From NCBI GenBank assembly GCA_965203295.1, contig CBDBCZ010000017.1, positions 1,856,001-1,920,000 of the forward strand: a DNA stretch of 64,000 nt, read 5' to 3'. The first letter of the stretch is position 1. Each line of letters opens with the position of its first letter. The DNA is from Nitrospirales bacterium (GTDB lineage: Bacteria; Nitrospirota; Nitrospiria; Nitrospirales; UBA8639). The translations under genes were made by a program, and so were the position numbers. A model generated the notes under the pieces. The model was given only the letters and a program-made list of their open reading frames with translations. It did not search any database and was not told the DNA's origin. Positions 1-32,500 of this stretch are shown here, piece by piece.

Positions 1-177
1 ATTATGATATACATATGCAATATTAATTTTAAGAACCCAATACAACATGTCCATGTTGCTGCCATACTGAGTTAGTAAATTGAGCTGCCTTTACATATCT
101 TTTTCGAAAAAGAAGGTGCATGTCCAAATGATCGAGTTTGATAACGTCTTTTTTTGGGAACCAGGGATGGCACCAAG

Positions 178-800
178 ACGGGATCATTGGCAGGCTCATC
201 TGCTATGGTGACGGGATCACTGGCAGGCTCATCTGCTATGGTGACGGGATCACTGGCAGGCTCATCTGCTATGGTGACGGGATCACTGGCAGGCTCATCT
301 GCTATGGTGACGGGATCACTGGCAGGCTCATCTGCTATGGTGACGGGATCACTGGCAGGCTCATCTGCTATGGTGACGGGATCACCTGATGTCGAGGCAG
401 AATCAATGGGCTCAGGACTGTTTTCTGTGACAACGGGATCACCTGACGTAGAGGCGGGATCACTGGCAGGTTCATCTGCTATGGTGACTGGATCACCTGA
501 TGTCGAGGCAGAATCAATGGGCTCAGGACTGTTTTCAGTGGCAAAGGGATCACCTGACGTAGAGGCGGCATCACTGGCAGGCTCATCTGCTATGGTGACT
601 GGATCACCTGATGTCGAGGCAGAATCAATGGGCTCAGGACTGTTTTCAGTGGCAACGGGATCACCTGACGTAGAGGCGGCATCACTGGCAGGCTCATCTG
701 CTATGGTGACTGGATCACCTGATGTCGAGGCAGAATCAATGGGCTCAGGACTGTTTTGAGTGGCAACAGGATCACCTGACGTAGAGGCGGGATCACTGAC
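178..800. repeat. Tandem repeat: about six 33-bp units, then ~120-bp composite units
   Basis: GACGGGATCACTGGCAGGCTCATCTGCTATGGT repeats at 178-385, followed by a longer unit containing GATGTCGAGGCAGAATCAATGGGCTCAGGACTG repeated to ~800. Confidence 0.95.
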
Positions 801-1685
801 AGGCTTTATTCTAATTATAATATATAAACGGTGCTTTTTTGTTATGCAGCTGTGAATAAACAGCTACCAGAAAATGCTTTAAAAATGCTATGACATACCT
901 GATTCGAGCCTTGTTTGTATATCTTGGCTAAACGCAGCAGCGATAACAACTGTACACTTCTCAGCCTTCCCCAATTTTCCGGACACCTGTGCAATAATGC
1001 GCCTGGAAGACCAGAAGCTGAAGCATGCTTCCTGTAGTAATGATTGCTTCCAAGTCTCCCATACAGTATTCTATAGCAGACGTGATCGAGTCTTTACTGC
1101 GAGTTTGGTAGGCTGTATATCTGGAGAAGTGGCTGGGTAGGAACGGTGACCATGACGACCACCATGATGAAAGATCATGATGACGACAAAAAAGGCAACG
1201 GAACCATAGAATATAAGTGAAGTATAGCCTTGCTTCACTTGGCATTACCTCACTACCTACTACCACTTCACCCCTCTTACCATTCTTAGCAGTACTACAA
1301 CTATTATTTCTTTTACCACGATTATCAGCATTGTCACTATTACTATAGCGTTACCACATGTATGCTGAGGCCAGAATCCACTGACACATATGCAATATTT
1401 AAGAGCCCAATACAACATGTACACGTTTATGCTACTTACTAAGTTAGCAAATTGAGCTTCATTTACTTGTCTTTTTTCAAAAAAAGGTGCTTGACATGAT
1501 CGAGTTGCATGACGCCTTTTTGTGGTTGACCATCCACACTGCCAGATAACAGTCAAGCTAGTATCGTCAATGAGGCCAAGTAGCTTTCAGTCAGTCAGTC
1601 AACATAACGTCACCTTATGCTGAGGCGGAATCACTGGAGTCAGGATTGTTTGCAGTGATGATAGGATCGTCTGACACTGAGGCGC

Positions 1686-2935
1686 TTACCAGTACCAGTA
1701 TTATCATCACTACCACTCTTACCATTGTTACCTGTATTACCAACACTACTGCTCTTACCACTGTTACCTGTATTACCATCACTACCACTCTTACCATTGT
1801 TACCTGTATTACTATCACTACTGCTCTTACCACTGTTACCAGTATTACCATCACTACCACTCTTACCACTGTTACCAGTATTACCATCACTACCACTCTT
1901 ACCATTGTTACCTGTATTACCATCACTACCACTCTTACCACTGTTACCTGTATTACCATCACTACTGCTCTTACCACTGTTACCAGTATTACCATCACTA
2001 CCACTGTTACCACTGTTACCTGTATTACCATCATTACCACTCTTACCACTGTTACCAGCATTACCATCACTACCACTCTTACCACTGTTACCTGTATTAC
2101 CATCACTACCACTTTTACTACTGTTACCTGTATTACCATCACTACCACTCTTACCACTGTTACCTATATTACCACACTACCACTCTTACCACTGTTACCA
2201 GTATTACCATCACTACCACTCTTACCACTGTTACCAGCATTACCATCACTACCACTCTTACCACTGTTACCTGTGTTACCATCACTACCACTTTTACCAC
2301 TGTTACCTGTATTACCATCACTACCACTCTTACCACTGTTATCAGTATTACCATCACTACTGCTCTTACCACTGTTACCTGTATTACCATCACTACCACT
2401 CTTACCACTGTTACCTGTATTACCATCACTACCACTCTTACCACTGTTACCAGTATTACCAAGTACTACCACTGTTACCTGTATTACCATCACTACTGCT
2501 CTTACCACTGTTACCTGTATACCATCACTACTGCTCTTACCACTGTTACCAGTATTACCATCACTACTGCTCTTACCACTGTTACCAGTATTACCATCAC
2601 TACCACTCTTACCACTGTTACCTGTATTACCATCACTACCACTCTTACCAATGTTACCTGTATTACCATCACTACTGCTCTTACCACTGTTACCAGTATT
2701 ACCATCACTACCACTCTTACCACTGTTACCTGTACGTATTACCATCAATACCACTGTTACCACTGTTACCTGTATTACCATCACTACCACTCTTACCACT
2801 GTTACCAGTATTACCATTACTACCGCTCTTACCACTGTTACCTGTATTACCACTGTTACCATGCACTGTTACCTCTATTACCATCACTACCACTTTTACT
2901 GCTGTTACCTGTATTACCATCACTAGTACTGTTAC
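1686..2935. repeat. 36-bp minisatellite array
   Basis: Unit TTACCTGTATTACCATCACTACCACTCTTACCACTG is repeated ~30 times with small indels; it explains the overlapping low-complexity ORFs on both strands. Confidence 0.95.
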
Positions 2936-4371
2936 TTGTTTTACAATTGCACCCAATGTTACTCTTACTGTACTAGTTTTTAGTATGATGTCATTGTATT
3001 GACAACTTTAGTATGATGTCATTATGATGTATTGCCAGTGAATGTTACATGGAGAACCACCCACAATTAGGTATCCGGAACGTGGCATGCATGTGCATAT
3101 AGTCTTGTGCGGCTGGGCACGAGACTAGCGAGACTAGTGCTAGCGCCAGGGCCCGGCGCCAAAAATGGGGCAAGCAAAAATATGTGGTTATATAAGGGGA
3201 AAGTCTGCTTGGCAGTGTACCTGTTTTTGCTCTCTGACACTGCTCTCATGGCTCTCACTAACACTTGGCAAAAAAAAACTGTTGCTGTTTGATGGCTGGT
3301 GAACTTGTATGTAACGTGCCTTCCCTTTTCCCACCTAGACAAAGACAGATTAATCTATAGAAACATACCATACACATAGAGTCACGAATAAATAGGGTCC
3401 ACAGTTCACTTCGTTACACAATAGCTGCATGTGGCTTCAAATAATACAAACAGTGCATTAGCTATATATTATAGAGGAAAAAGTACCACTGCTATAAGTC
3501 AGTAACGTAACTACTAATAGTGTTTATAGTCTTGTAACTGTTGACAGTCAATGAGTGCTCCGCACCCGTGTGCGTAAGCGTGAGTGAACAATTTTTAAAC
3601 AGCCAGCAATGCAATTCAACATTCAACTATTTATACAATTAATATACAATATGGTATAGATGAGTCACTGTGAAGACAGGCAACAGGGAGGCCTGCCGTT
3701 TCAAACGGTATAGTAAGCCAGCCATAGTCACATATCAACATGGGCAGCCTATATATAAAACCTCCAGTGACTTAGGGCGCCTGCTAGTAAGAAGCAAGAG
3801 CATACCAAACTAGGCCAGGCCCTTGGCTGGGATGCCATTTTAATCATAGAACCAAACAGACTTTCAGCATCCGTGGGTTACAGGCACAAGGGAGATTATA
3901 ATTTACAGTTCCAGACGGAGGGCATGCATGCAGTAGCTTGCCATTGTCAATTTGTCATACTGATAGGCATGAGTAACCTCGCAAACGTTCACTTCTGTAG
4001 GAGTCAATGACTCCCGGTCACTAACTTGGCCATGCATGGCCTAGGAATCAGTGAGTCCCATTTACTCCTATGATTGAGTAACTCCCCAGTCATTCACTCT
4101 TAGAAAAATCATTTAAAAATGAAAGAGCATGTAGGGATGGAATCGCAAAAAAGTATAGTTTAGAGTGAATGACTTCACCCAGGATATCGATAGTACAGTG
4201 ACTGTCACTCGATTTTCTACTTCCATGATTAAACACACAAATTCCATGTGGAAGACAGCAAGCGACTACAAAAGTTATGCACATTTGATAAGCCAGAACT
4301 TAGTGTTCCGGCAACATGCATGCACTGTATGATATACTCAGATTATAGCAAATCACCACATCAGTTGATTC

Positions 4372-5438
4372 TTATTTGCAGCCATACAAGGTGTGATGTG
4401 CTGCTGCGTACTGTTCAAAGCTATGAATGCGGCCTGGGTTTTCTTCTAGCACTTCTACCATTTGTCCATAGGAGCTTCCACATCGGCTCTTCAGTGCCCG
4501 TAGGGCCTTGGCAACATTCCCTTCATAGCTGTAGTCAGTTAAAGAGGTTCCATAGCTTCCAAAGCATCTTGCTTCCCAAAACTCTGCCCAGCCCTCATTG
4601 AAAGCAAATCCTTCATTTGTTTGTTTACCACAATAGTGGGTTTGTGGGTAGGCAAACCGGATGACATCAAATAGGAAATGAGCAAAAGTACCATCCTGTA
4701 TAATAAAATGAATACTATGTTATTGCAAAATATTCAATGCTGTAAAAGCCTTAAACTCACCAGTGAGTGTCTGACAGTGTGTGCAAGCTCATGTTTGGCT
4801 GATGCAAAGTCATAGTTGTAACCTGAAGGAATTCGTATTGTTTCAGTTGTTGCATAAGGTGTTCCACCATGGACAGGTGCTTGAGTAATAACTTTGAGAC
4901 GACTATAGGGTAGAAACTTTCCACTTAGTGTAACATAATTTTTCATCGCTCGATACGTCATAACGTAAGCTCGGCAGTGATCACTGCTGAAGTAAATATC
5001 ACCAAAGTCGATGAAATTAGAATAGCTCTTTGTAGGTGTTTGGTCACGTCGAATTATTCCCACAAATTCAAATTTTATAGCCATTTTCCCGTAGTTTCCT
5101 GAGTAGTCATACTCCACTTCAATAAATGGATCAGGTTTGAAATCAAATATATCGCTAATCTGGGGTAGATACTCCCTAGGCCAGGATAACTGATCACATG
5201 CTGACTCAGTCGCCGTAGACACTGTGAAACGTCCTGAGCTGTCTGATCGTGTGGAGCCAAGGGTGTCGTGGTGTACAAAATCTTCATCCTTTAGCCTCAC
5301 TCTCACATACTCCACTGGATATGAGATTCCATTGATTCGGCAAAACACTCTTCCAATGGCTGTGGCGGGGCACTTACGTGCATCCACAGACAAGAAACAA
5401 AATAACCCAAACAAGCTCAAGACAAGACGTGGCTTCAT
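4372..5438 (-). CDS. Secreted zinc metalloprotease-like protein, 2 exons (5438-4761, 4695-4372), ~333 aa
   Basis: Signal-peptide-like MKPRLVLSLFGLFCFLSVDA; transthyretin-like N-terminal segment; HELAH (HEXXH); phase-0 GTGAGT...TACAG intron; exon 2 reads DGTFAHFLFDVIRFAYPQTHYCGKQTNEGFAFNEGWAEFW...LYGCK*, giving a gluzincin-like third Glu ligand. Confidence 0.85.
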
Positions 5439-5611
5439 TTTTATACAAATATTTGTGTAACTGACCAAATTCGAGCTGTTTCTGCAGTTTAATTTCACAA
5501 GTAGCTATATAGCTAGCTCCTGTTGACTTCCACAAGTGGATTGTAGAAACAAGAGCCCTGGAAAATATAGTAGCCTTAGCTTCAGCCCTGGAGTATGCCC
5601 TCTGCCACTGG

Positions 5612-6655
5612 CAAACCTATAACTATTATTGACACTGCACTTTAATTCAACTCATATAGCATATCTTCACCACATCTTCTATATATGCCGACAGCTGTTA
5701 TTCTTCTGCAGTGTCCAATCACTTTGTTACATCCCATATATGGAAAGCGACTATGGTACATGCAATGTTGACTACAACAGTTAAGTAAACACTTTCAGGA
5801 TTTTTACTACCAGACATCACAAGTGGGCAACTGTATACTAACGATTAATAATATCATGATTTCAACTTTGTGCTTTTAAGAGAGCAAGGTGTAGCACTTA
5901 TTTTGACTGATGTCCTCTTCTGACTCATTAGTAAATATTCACTATAGAGCTCATGTAACTGGCACCCAGTAGTTCACTAACATACAGCTATAGCCTAGAA
6001 GACAGCAGACTGAGTGTTGCTTGGATGGATATCAGAATGTGGGACAATCTCTTACTGCTAGTTACATGTATATAGAACTGAAGAGAAAATGTAGCTACTC
6101 TAAAATTATAGTTCAGTTACTCAAACCTATAACAAGAAGCGCTAACTACAATTGACACTGCACTTTTATTCAACTCATCAATGATAGCATATCTTCACCA
6201 CATCTTCTATATATGCCGACAGCTGTTATTCTTCTGCAGTGTCCAATCACTTTGTTACATCCCATATATGGAAAGCGACTACGGTACATGCAATGTTGAC
6301 TACAACAGTTAAGTAAACACTTTCAGGATTTTTACTACCAGACATCACAATTGGGCAACTGTATACTAACGATTAATATCATGATTTCAACTTTGTGCTT
6401 TTAAGGGACCTCAGAGAGCAAGGTGTAGCACTTATTTTGACTGATGTCCTCTTCTGACTGATTAGTAAATATTCACTATAGAGCTCATGTAACTGGCACC
6501 CAGTAGTTCACTAACATACAGCTATAGCCTAGAAGACAGCAGACTGAGTGTTGCTTGGATGGATATCAGAATGTGGGACAATCTCTTACTGCTAGTTACA
6601 TGTATATATAGAACTGAAGAGAAAATGTAGCTACTCTAAAATTATAGTTCAGTTA
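5612..6655. repeat. Direct tandem duplication of ~510 bp (5612-6121 and 6122-6655)
   Basis: Near-identical blocks that start CAAACCTATAAC and end ATTATAGTTCAGTTA. Confidence 0.93.
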
Positions 6656-7286
6656 TCATTATCCAACCACTATGTACTTTGGGTTTGCTTTTGTATAATA
6701 CAGATGTGTCAGGGCAAATAATATAAGACACTGGCTTTCCACTTAAACTGTATTCCATTGCATTACATGTAGCTGTATAATTAAAATGTGGAATGAAAAA
6801 CTATACCACAGATTACGTGAAATCCTATCATGCATGCCTGTGCGTAAGGAGCGATGCTGTCAATGTGGATATTGAGCTTGGCCATGGTACAAAGTGCATG
6901 TCTATGTAATATTGTAACTACGTATATATCTATATGTATACTTCATTCCAGCATATAGATCTAGAGTACTCTACTATCTAGGGTTACAGTAAAACTTTGT
7001 AGCTATAATACCTTTCACTCCAAATCAAACATCATAGCTATAAACTGTTTTTGAAAACAGTTCTTACTCATGAGAAGACAAGGGATGCGGAGCTACATGA
7101 TCAGGGCACACAGTTTTCCTAGTAATATAATAAAGGGAAGAGTAACTGTTTTTCTAAAAAATGGTACTTGTACAATGTCATGCAATTAGATCTATTATCG
7201 AAATTGTGCCCATTCCCTTAAAATTACTATCTGCTCCTAGCAGGACGCATTTCAGGAAATCCACCTTGGTTGCCAATGCCCCTCCT

Positions 7287-7455
7287 ATCAGCGCTGCAGC
7301 AAGTCAGCCTCGCCTGCGGCGCCGATATAATCGCGATATGGCACTGTCGTGCTGGATCGCCAGTCTATAATCGCGATATGGATCCAGCGTGACAATGCCA
7401 TATCGCGATTATATTGGCGCCGCAGGCGAAGCTGACTTGCTGCAGCGCTGAGACT
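7287..7455. mobile_element. Palindromic MITE-like element
   Basis: Arms CAGCGCTGCAGCAAGTCAGCCTCGCCTGCGGCGCC and GGCGCCGCAGGCGAAGCTGACTTGCTGCAGCGCTGAGACTA are near-perfect inverted repeats; the right end is GAGACTA like the TAG..CTA family. Confidence 0.7.
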
Positions 7456-7629
7456 AGCCACACTTGCTTTTTTGAATGTGGTGTGATAGTGATTATTCCT
7501 CACTCCCTTTCTAGATAACAGAGCGTACTTCTATGCCTATGCCATCGCAGTTCAAGAAACCACGCCCTCTTTAGGCCCTACAGCCATAGATAATATACCT
7601 CCTTCCGCAGCGAGGTCAGCTATGGCAGA

Positions 7630-8595
7630 ATGTGGAAGGAGATCGTTAAAAAGTACTACGGAGCGCGCTTCTGTCACAAATGGCACCAAATCTATGCAGA
7701 TGTTACTTCTGTGCTACTGGGGCTGAAGCCCAGCCTACTGCTGGACTACCTTCCTACGGATACCCTCAGGTTCCAGCTATTTATGCAAGAAGTTCTAACT
7801 CTTCACCTGGGGCATGAGCCTCCAGCATCCTTGCCAAAACTTCGCATTTTGAAACTGGATGAAGATGTCTTGCTTACGAATTCAGATTTCTTGATACCGG
7901 AGTGGCGTCCTGAGTTTGTTGATATAACTAAGGGTATTCCATTACCACTCCTTGTCTCCGAAGAGGACTGCTCAGTTGTAAACAAACAGCTTGCAGTATG
8001 GTACAAAGATCTACTACAGAAAATTACTGAGCCATCCGAGGTCTTGGCTATAGTGAGCAGCAGTGATCTCAGTGATAATGTGAACAGATGCACTTTGTTT
8101 GGGTGGCTGCTGAACTACCCCGTTGTGTACTGGTTTGACCCAGAGATCGGTTACAGTCTAAGTATGGTGGAGCTCGTCTGCTACACAGTGACTGTCCATC
8201 CTGCTCCAGCCGAAACCAGTGATAGGGTGGCGCAGAGACCATGCATGTTAGAAAAGGTGGGGTGAGCATAACAGTTCCTACCCAAAAATCAACTACATGT
8301 AAAGCCTCTAATTAAAGCCCCTATGCCAGCAGCAAACCATTTGTATAGCCAACCACTTGATTCATGCATATACACACGCTGTACACACACACACACACAC
8401 ACACACACACGCGCACACGGTTTCTCTCTCCAGGAACATGTACTCTATTCATTCTCAGTTCCACGGTGCGTCCTACCTGTAGTGCAGGGGAGGATACACT
8501 CCTGGTTCACGGAGCTGAGAACCAGATCCACAGGTGTGGGATGGAATGCTGAAATGAGCTGCAAGGACGTATGCCTACCTAGTATAGCTCTGTAA
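7630..8595 (+). CDS. C1orf74: UPF0739/DUF4504 (C1orf74-like) protein, 2 exons (7630-8256, 8434-8595)
   Basis: Motifs LGLKPSLLLDY, TLFGWLLNYPVVYWF and LYSFSVP; phase-0 intron AAG|GTGGGG...CTCCAG|GAA containing a (CA)n microsatellite. Confidence 0.8.
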
Positions 8596-8723
8596 TAACC
8601 ATGATGAATGATAGCATGTTTATTGACCAAGTTGATAAAGAAAAGAGAACAGCGATACATAAAATTAATGTGAGCAGACAGTGCATGACATTGTATGTGA
8701 TAAAAGGAATTCAGTACGTGTAG

Positions 8724-28977
<20,254 letters not shown>

Positions 28978-29554
28978 GTCCTGTTTATTAACTATTAAAT
29001 GGTTAACAAACCTAGGCCTATCACGTGGGCAATTTCACCACTAAACAAGCAGAATTTTCCCCGTAGTTTTTAGATGACTGACTTGTGAGAAAAGACTGGC
29101 TGTGGAAAAGGCTGTGTCCCCGCAGTGACGCATCGGCGAAAGGCGATGGATATATTGCGTGCTCGAGTATTGATGAACTTTCGATTACCGAAGAACAGCA
29201 GTTGGCTCTCAAGATACTTCATTGATCGAGAATTCTGGACTGCCACTGGTGCAGTGTTGTCGTACTCACACTTGAAGCAGTCCAGCAAGTTTTGTTACAA
29301 AGCATAAAACATCAGTATTACTGTACCGATCTTTAGTTTTTAGTTCCAAAGTCCCCACCCCTTTAGTAGTGTAGTGACAGTGTAGTATAGTGCAAGAACT
29401 GGTGTACTCCGTTAGTCAAGTACACCCTCTTTAGTTGATTTCTGATCAAAGCTGTAGTGAACTTTTGATCAAGTTCTAGTTGACTATCCAAGCCACACCC
29501 ACTCCAATTGTGATAGCTTGCGAGCGTAGAAGTCTTGACAACACTAGGGCCAAC
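28978..29554. promoter_or_regulatory. Putative bidirectional promoter between SNIP1 and DCP1
   Basis: 577 bp separate the two divergent start codons. Confidence 0.6.
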
Positions 29555-32500
29555 ATGACCTCGAAAGGAGCCGAGAGACATCTCTCAAGGTCTCCAACTG
29601 GTACAGTGTCAGCAAGACTTGGAGCCCAGGGTGCTAAGGCTTTGACCAACGGTCTGCCACACCGTAGCGCTTCGGTGGGGAAGGCAGAGGTGGCCAAGAT
29701 GAACCTGCTGGCTGTCCACAAGATCGACCCCCAGGTGACAAAGATACTGCAAACCGTGCCGAAGGTGGTCTCCTACGTGTTCCATGAAGCCAACAATACA
29801 TGGGTAAGGGTATTCAGTGTTATACATGTACATGAGTAAATACACGGGTGAACAGTCACTCAGATTCAGACTGAGTGTGGATTTAGGATGACTGATGTAG
29901 CCGTCCATGGATGTGGGGCTCAGAGGCACCTTAAGAACAAGGGTAGGGCGTTCAGTTTTGAGAAACTGCTCTGTCTAGGGACCTGGGACCATCTCAAATA
30001 TCACAATGAGCATATCCCCCTTCTGAAAACATGATTGGGTGTTTCCCTGGTGCTGAGCTGTGCTAAATTTCCTCCCATGAATATTGCCACATACTTTGAG
30101 TAATGAATGAGGCTATTGAATTCCCTACCCTCTGAGGCTTTTCACAGCCACTGGTAGCTAGCTCATGGAGCAAAGAGGCAAACACTCCCCCTATCCCCCC
30201 CCCCCCCCCTCCCCCCAAATTACGTGGTCGTTTAAATGTTGACTAAGAAGTGAATTTTATTTAATTTTGTCCAAAGGAAATGACTTACATGTACCCCTAA
30301 CACCTTTTGTGTGACTGCTTATGCATCTACAAATACATGTGCTAAGTTGTGGCTATTGCAAGAGATGTGTACATGATTAGTCACCTATAGCTGTCCCTTG
30401 CAGATGCTCTGTAAGTGTTCACTGCTGGACTTTCACTCATGATCAGTAGGTACCAATGTTCCAAAATGATGACAATTCAAAGATAGTAGAGAGCCTATTA
30501 CTGCCTATCACTTCACACTACTAATAACTATAGTGTGTACTTTGTTATCTGATTCAAAAGACAGCTGTCTTTCTTTTACTGGAGACTTTGCTTCAGTGGT
30601 GAGTCTGTGGCACAAGCAAGCCGTGCAGATTATAGCTATGTACATTCGCTACTTGTCACTTGTCTGAGAATAGCAACAGTACTCACCCATGACCTTTCTA
30701 CATGTATCTTTTGGCCTGCACACATGACTTCAGTTTGATGGCTTTTGTGTAGCTTACAATGGTACAGGCCTGGGAAAGAGGCTACATGTACATGTGCCCA
30801 TATCTTTCTGAGCAAGCACATATGTATAATCAACTCTAACAGCAAAGAGATACATGTATGTACATGTAGTTAACAAATGTGATGCTTGATATTTTTAAAA
30901 TGTTGTAATGTCTACGTACATGCCCAAAAATGATGTCGACCATCATGCCAAGCATTGTTCAAGACCATCATGACAAGCATTGTTTGAGGAGCCGACAATA
31001 ATGGTTCTTGTTTACTACAGATTTGGTCATAGTCATATAATAGTACAAGTGTTACTGACCACTTTATACACTTACACATCTTTGATGGCATTATATATCA
31101 CTAGTACAAGCTTAGTCCTTTCATTAAACCCTTTTCTAATTGATCCCCCACTTTCCTGTTGTAGAGCTTTGTACATGCATATGTACAACTGTAGTTGGTC
31201 AACTGCTCCCCACAATCATTTTCTTTTTTACCAGCCATGTTGTAATGATTTAGGTTTTGCGTAAGGATCTCCTCACTAAACTAAACCATCAAATTTTGAC
31301 GTTGTGTTTTTACCCTCCTCTTGTAGTTAATAGTTTTCACGTGTACATAGTTTTATTTGTTTTGTATTTTGCATTACAGCTACAGTATTTTGTTTTACTC
31401 TTTAAAAAAAAAATTAGACATTTTTGTACTCATCAAACATCCAGGAAGTGGCTTGTTACAAACTCATTTTACCGTCCATTCCAGGAGAGAACATCAGTTG
31501 AAGGAACACTCTTTGTGTACAGCAGGTGGGTTTTTATTTATTGTGTAGTCTGTTTCCAGTGTACTAATGGCATCATTTAAATGCACAACATGCAACTGGA
31601 AATGAGGCTAAACTTATAGTAGGCACATTGTACATGTTTGATTTTCAAACAGACTACTAAACACAGACTGATATTGCAGCACTATAATCTACATGTGCTA
31701 GCCTCATTCCCCCCCCTCTCCATTACACTTCCCCCCCTCCCCCCCAATGAATAGGAGAGTTCGCAACAGAATCCTAATCTCTTTGTGATACTGATAGCTT
31801 TATGTGTATGTGCATGTAGTAGCATGCTGACTAGGCTCTTGGCTGTTCAGCTCCGGTGTTCTGCCTCTGCAGGGCATCTCCTCCCAGCCATGGCCTGGCC
31901 ATCTTGAACCGCCTGAGCAGTGACAACCTGCACGAGCTTCTCTTTCCAGGGATTGAGTTTCGCAGGCAGAACCCCTTCGTCCTTTTCAAAAGGAAATCAG
32001 GTACATGTAGTTTTCAGTTCTGTGTCTTTGGTGGTTTAATTACCCCGGCAGACTGATCCAGGCTAAGTTTGGGTGTAGCACGTTTCTCGTGTTTAGATGG
32101 GGGAGAGGCCTATAATGAGAGAGTAATTACAGTTGGAATTGGCTGGGTCCTACTGGCAAGTGCTACTAGCGGGTTTAGTGGCTATATAAAGCTTGCCTAC
32201 TGCTCCTCTGCCAAGGGGGCTCCAGTAGTTCAATTGGTAAGAGCATCTGACTAGTATTCAGAAGGTCCTGCGTTCAATCCCCAGCTGGGTCCCGATTTTT
32301 GGGATTTCTTTACTCTTTCACGAGTACTTAGTTTTCAGTTCTGTGTCTTTGGTGGTTTAATTACCCCGGCAGACTGATCCAGGCTAAGTTTGGGTGTAGC
32401 ACGTTTCCCGTGTTTAGATGGGGGAGAGGCCTATAATGAGAGAGTAATTACAGTTGGAATTGGCTGGGTCCTACTGGCAAGTGCTACTAGCGGGTTTAGT

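Noticed and set aside
178..385. 33-bp direct repeats as a CRISPR array
   Set aside because: Units are contiguous with no unique spacers, there are no cas genes, and the context is eukaryotic.
1615..3002. Long ORFs (426, 425, 232, 180 aa) as genes
   Set aside because: They are products of a stop-poor 36-bp minisatellite open in several frames on both strands.
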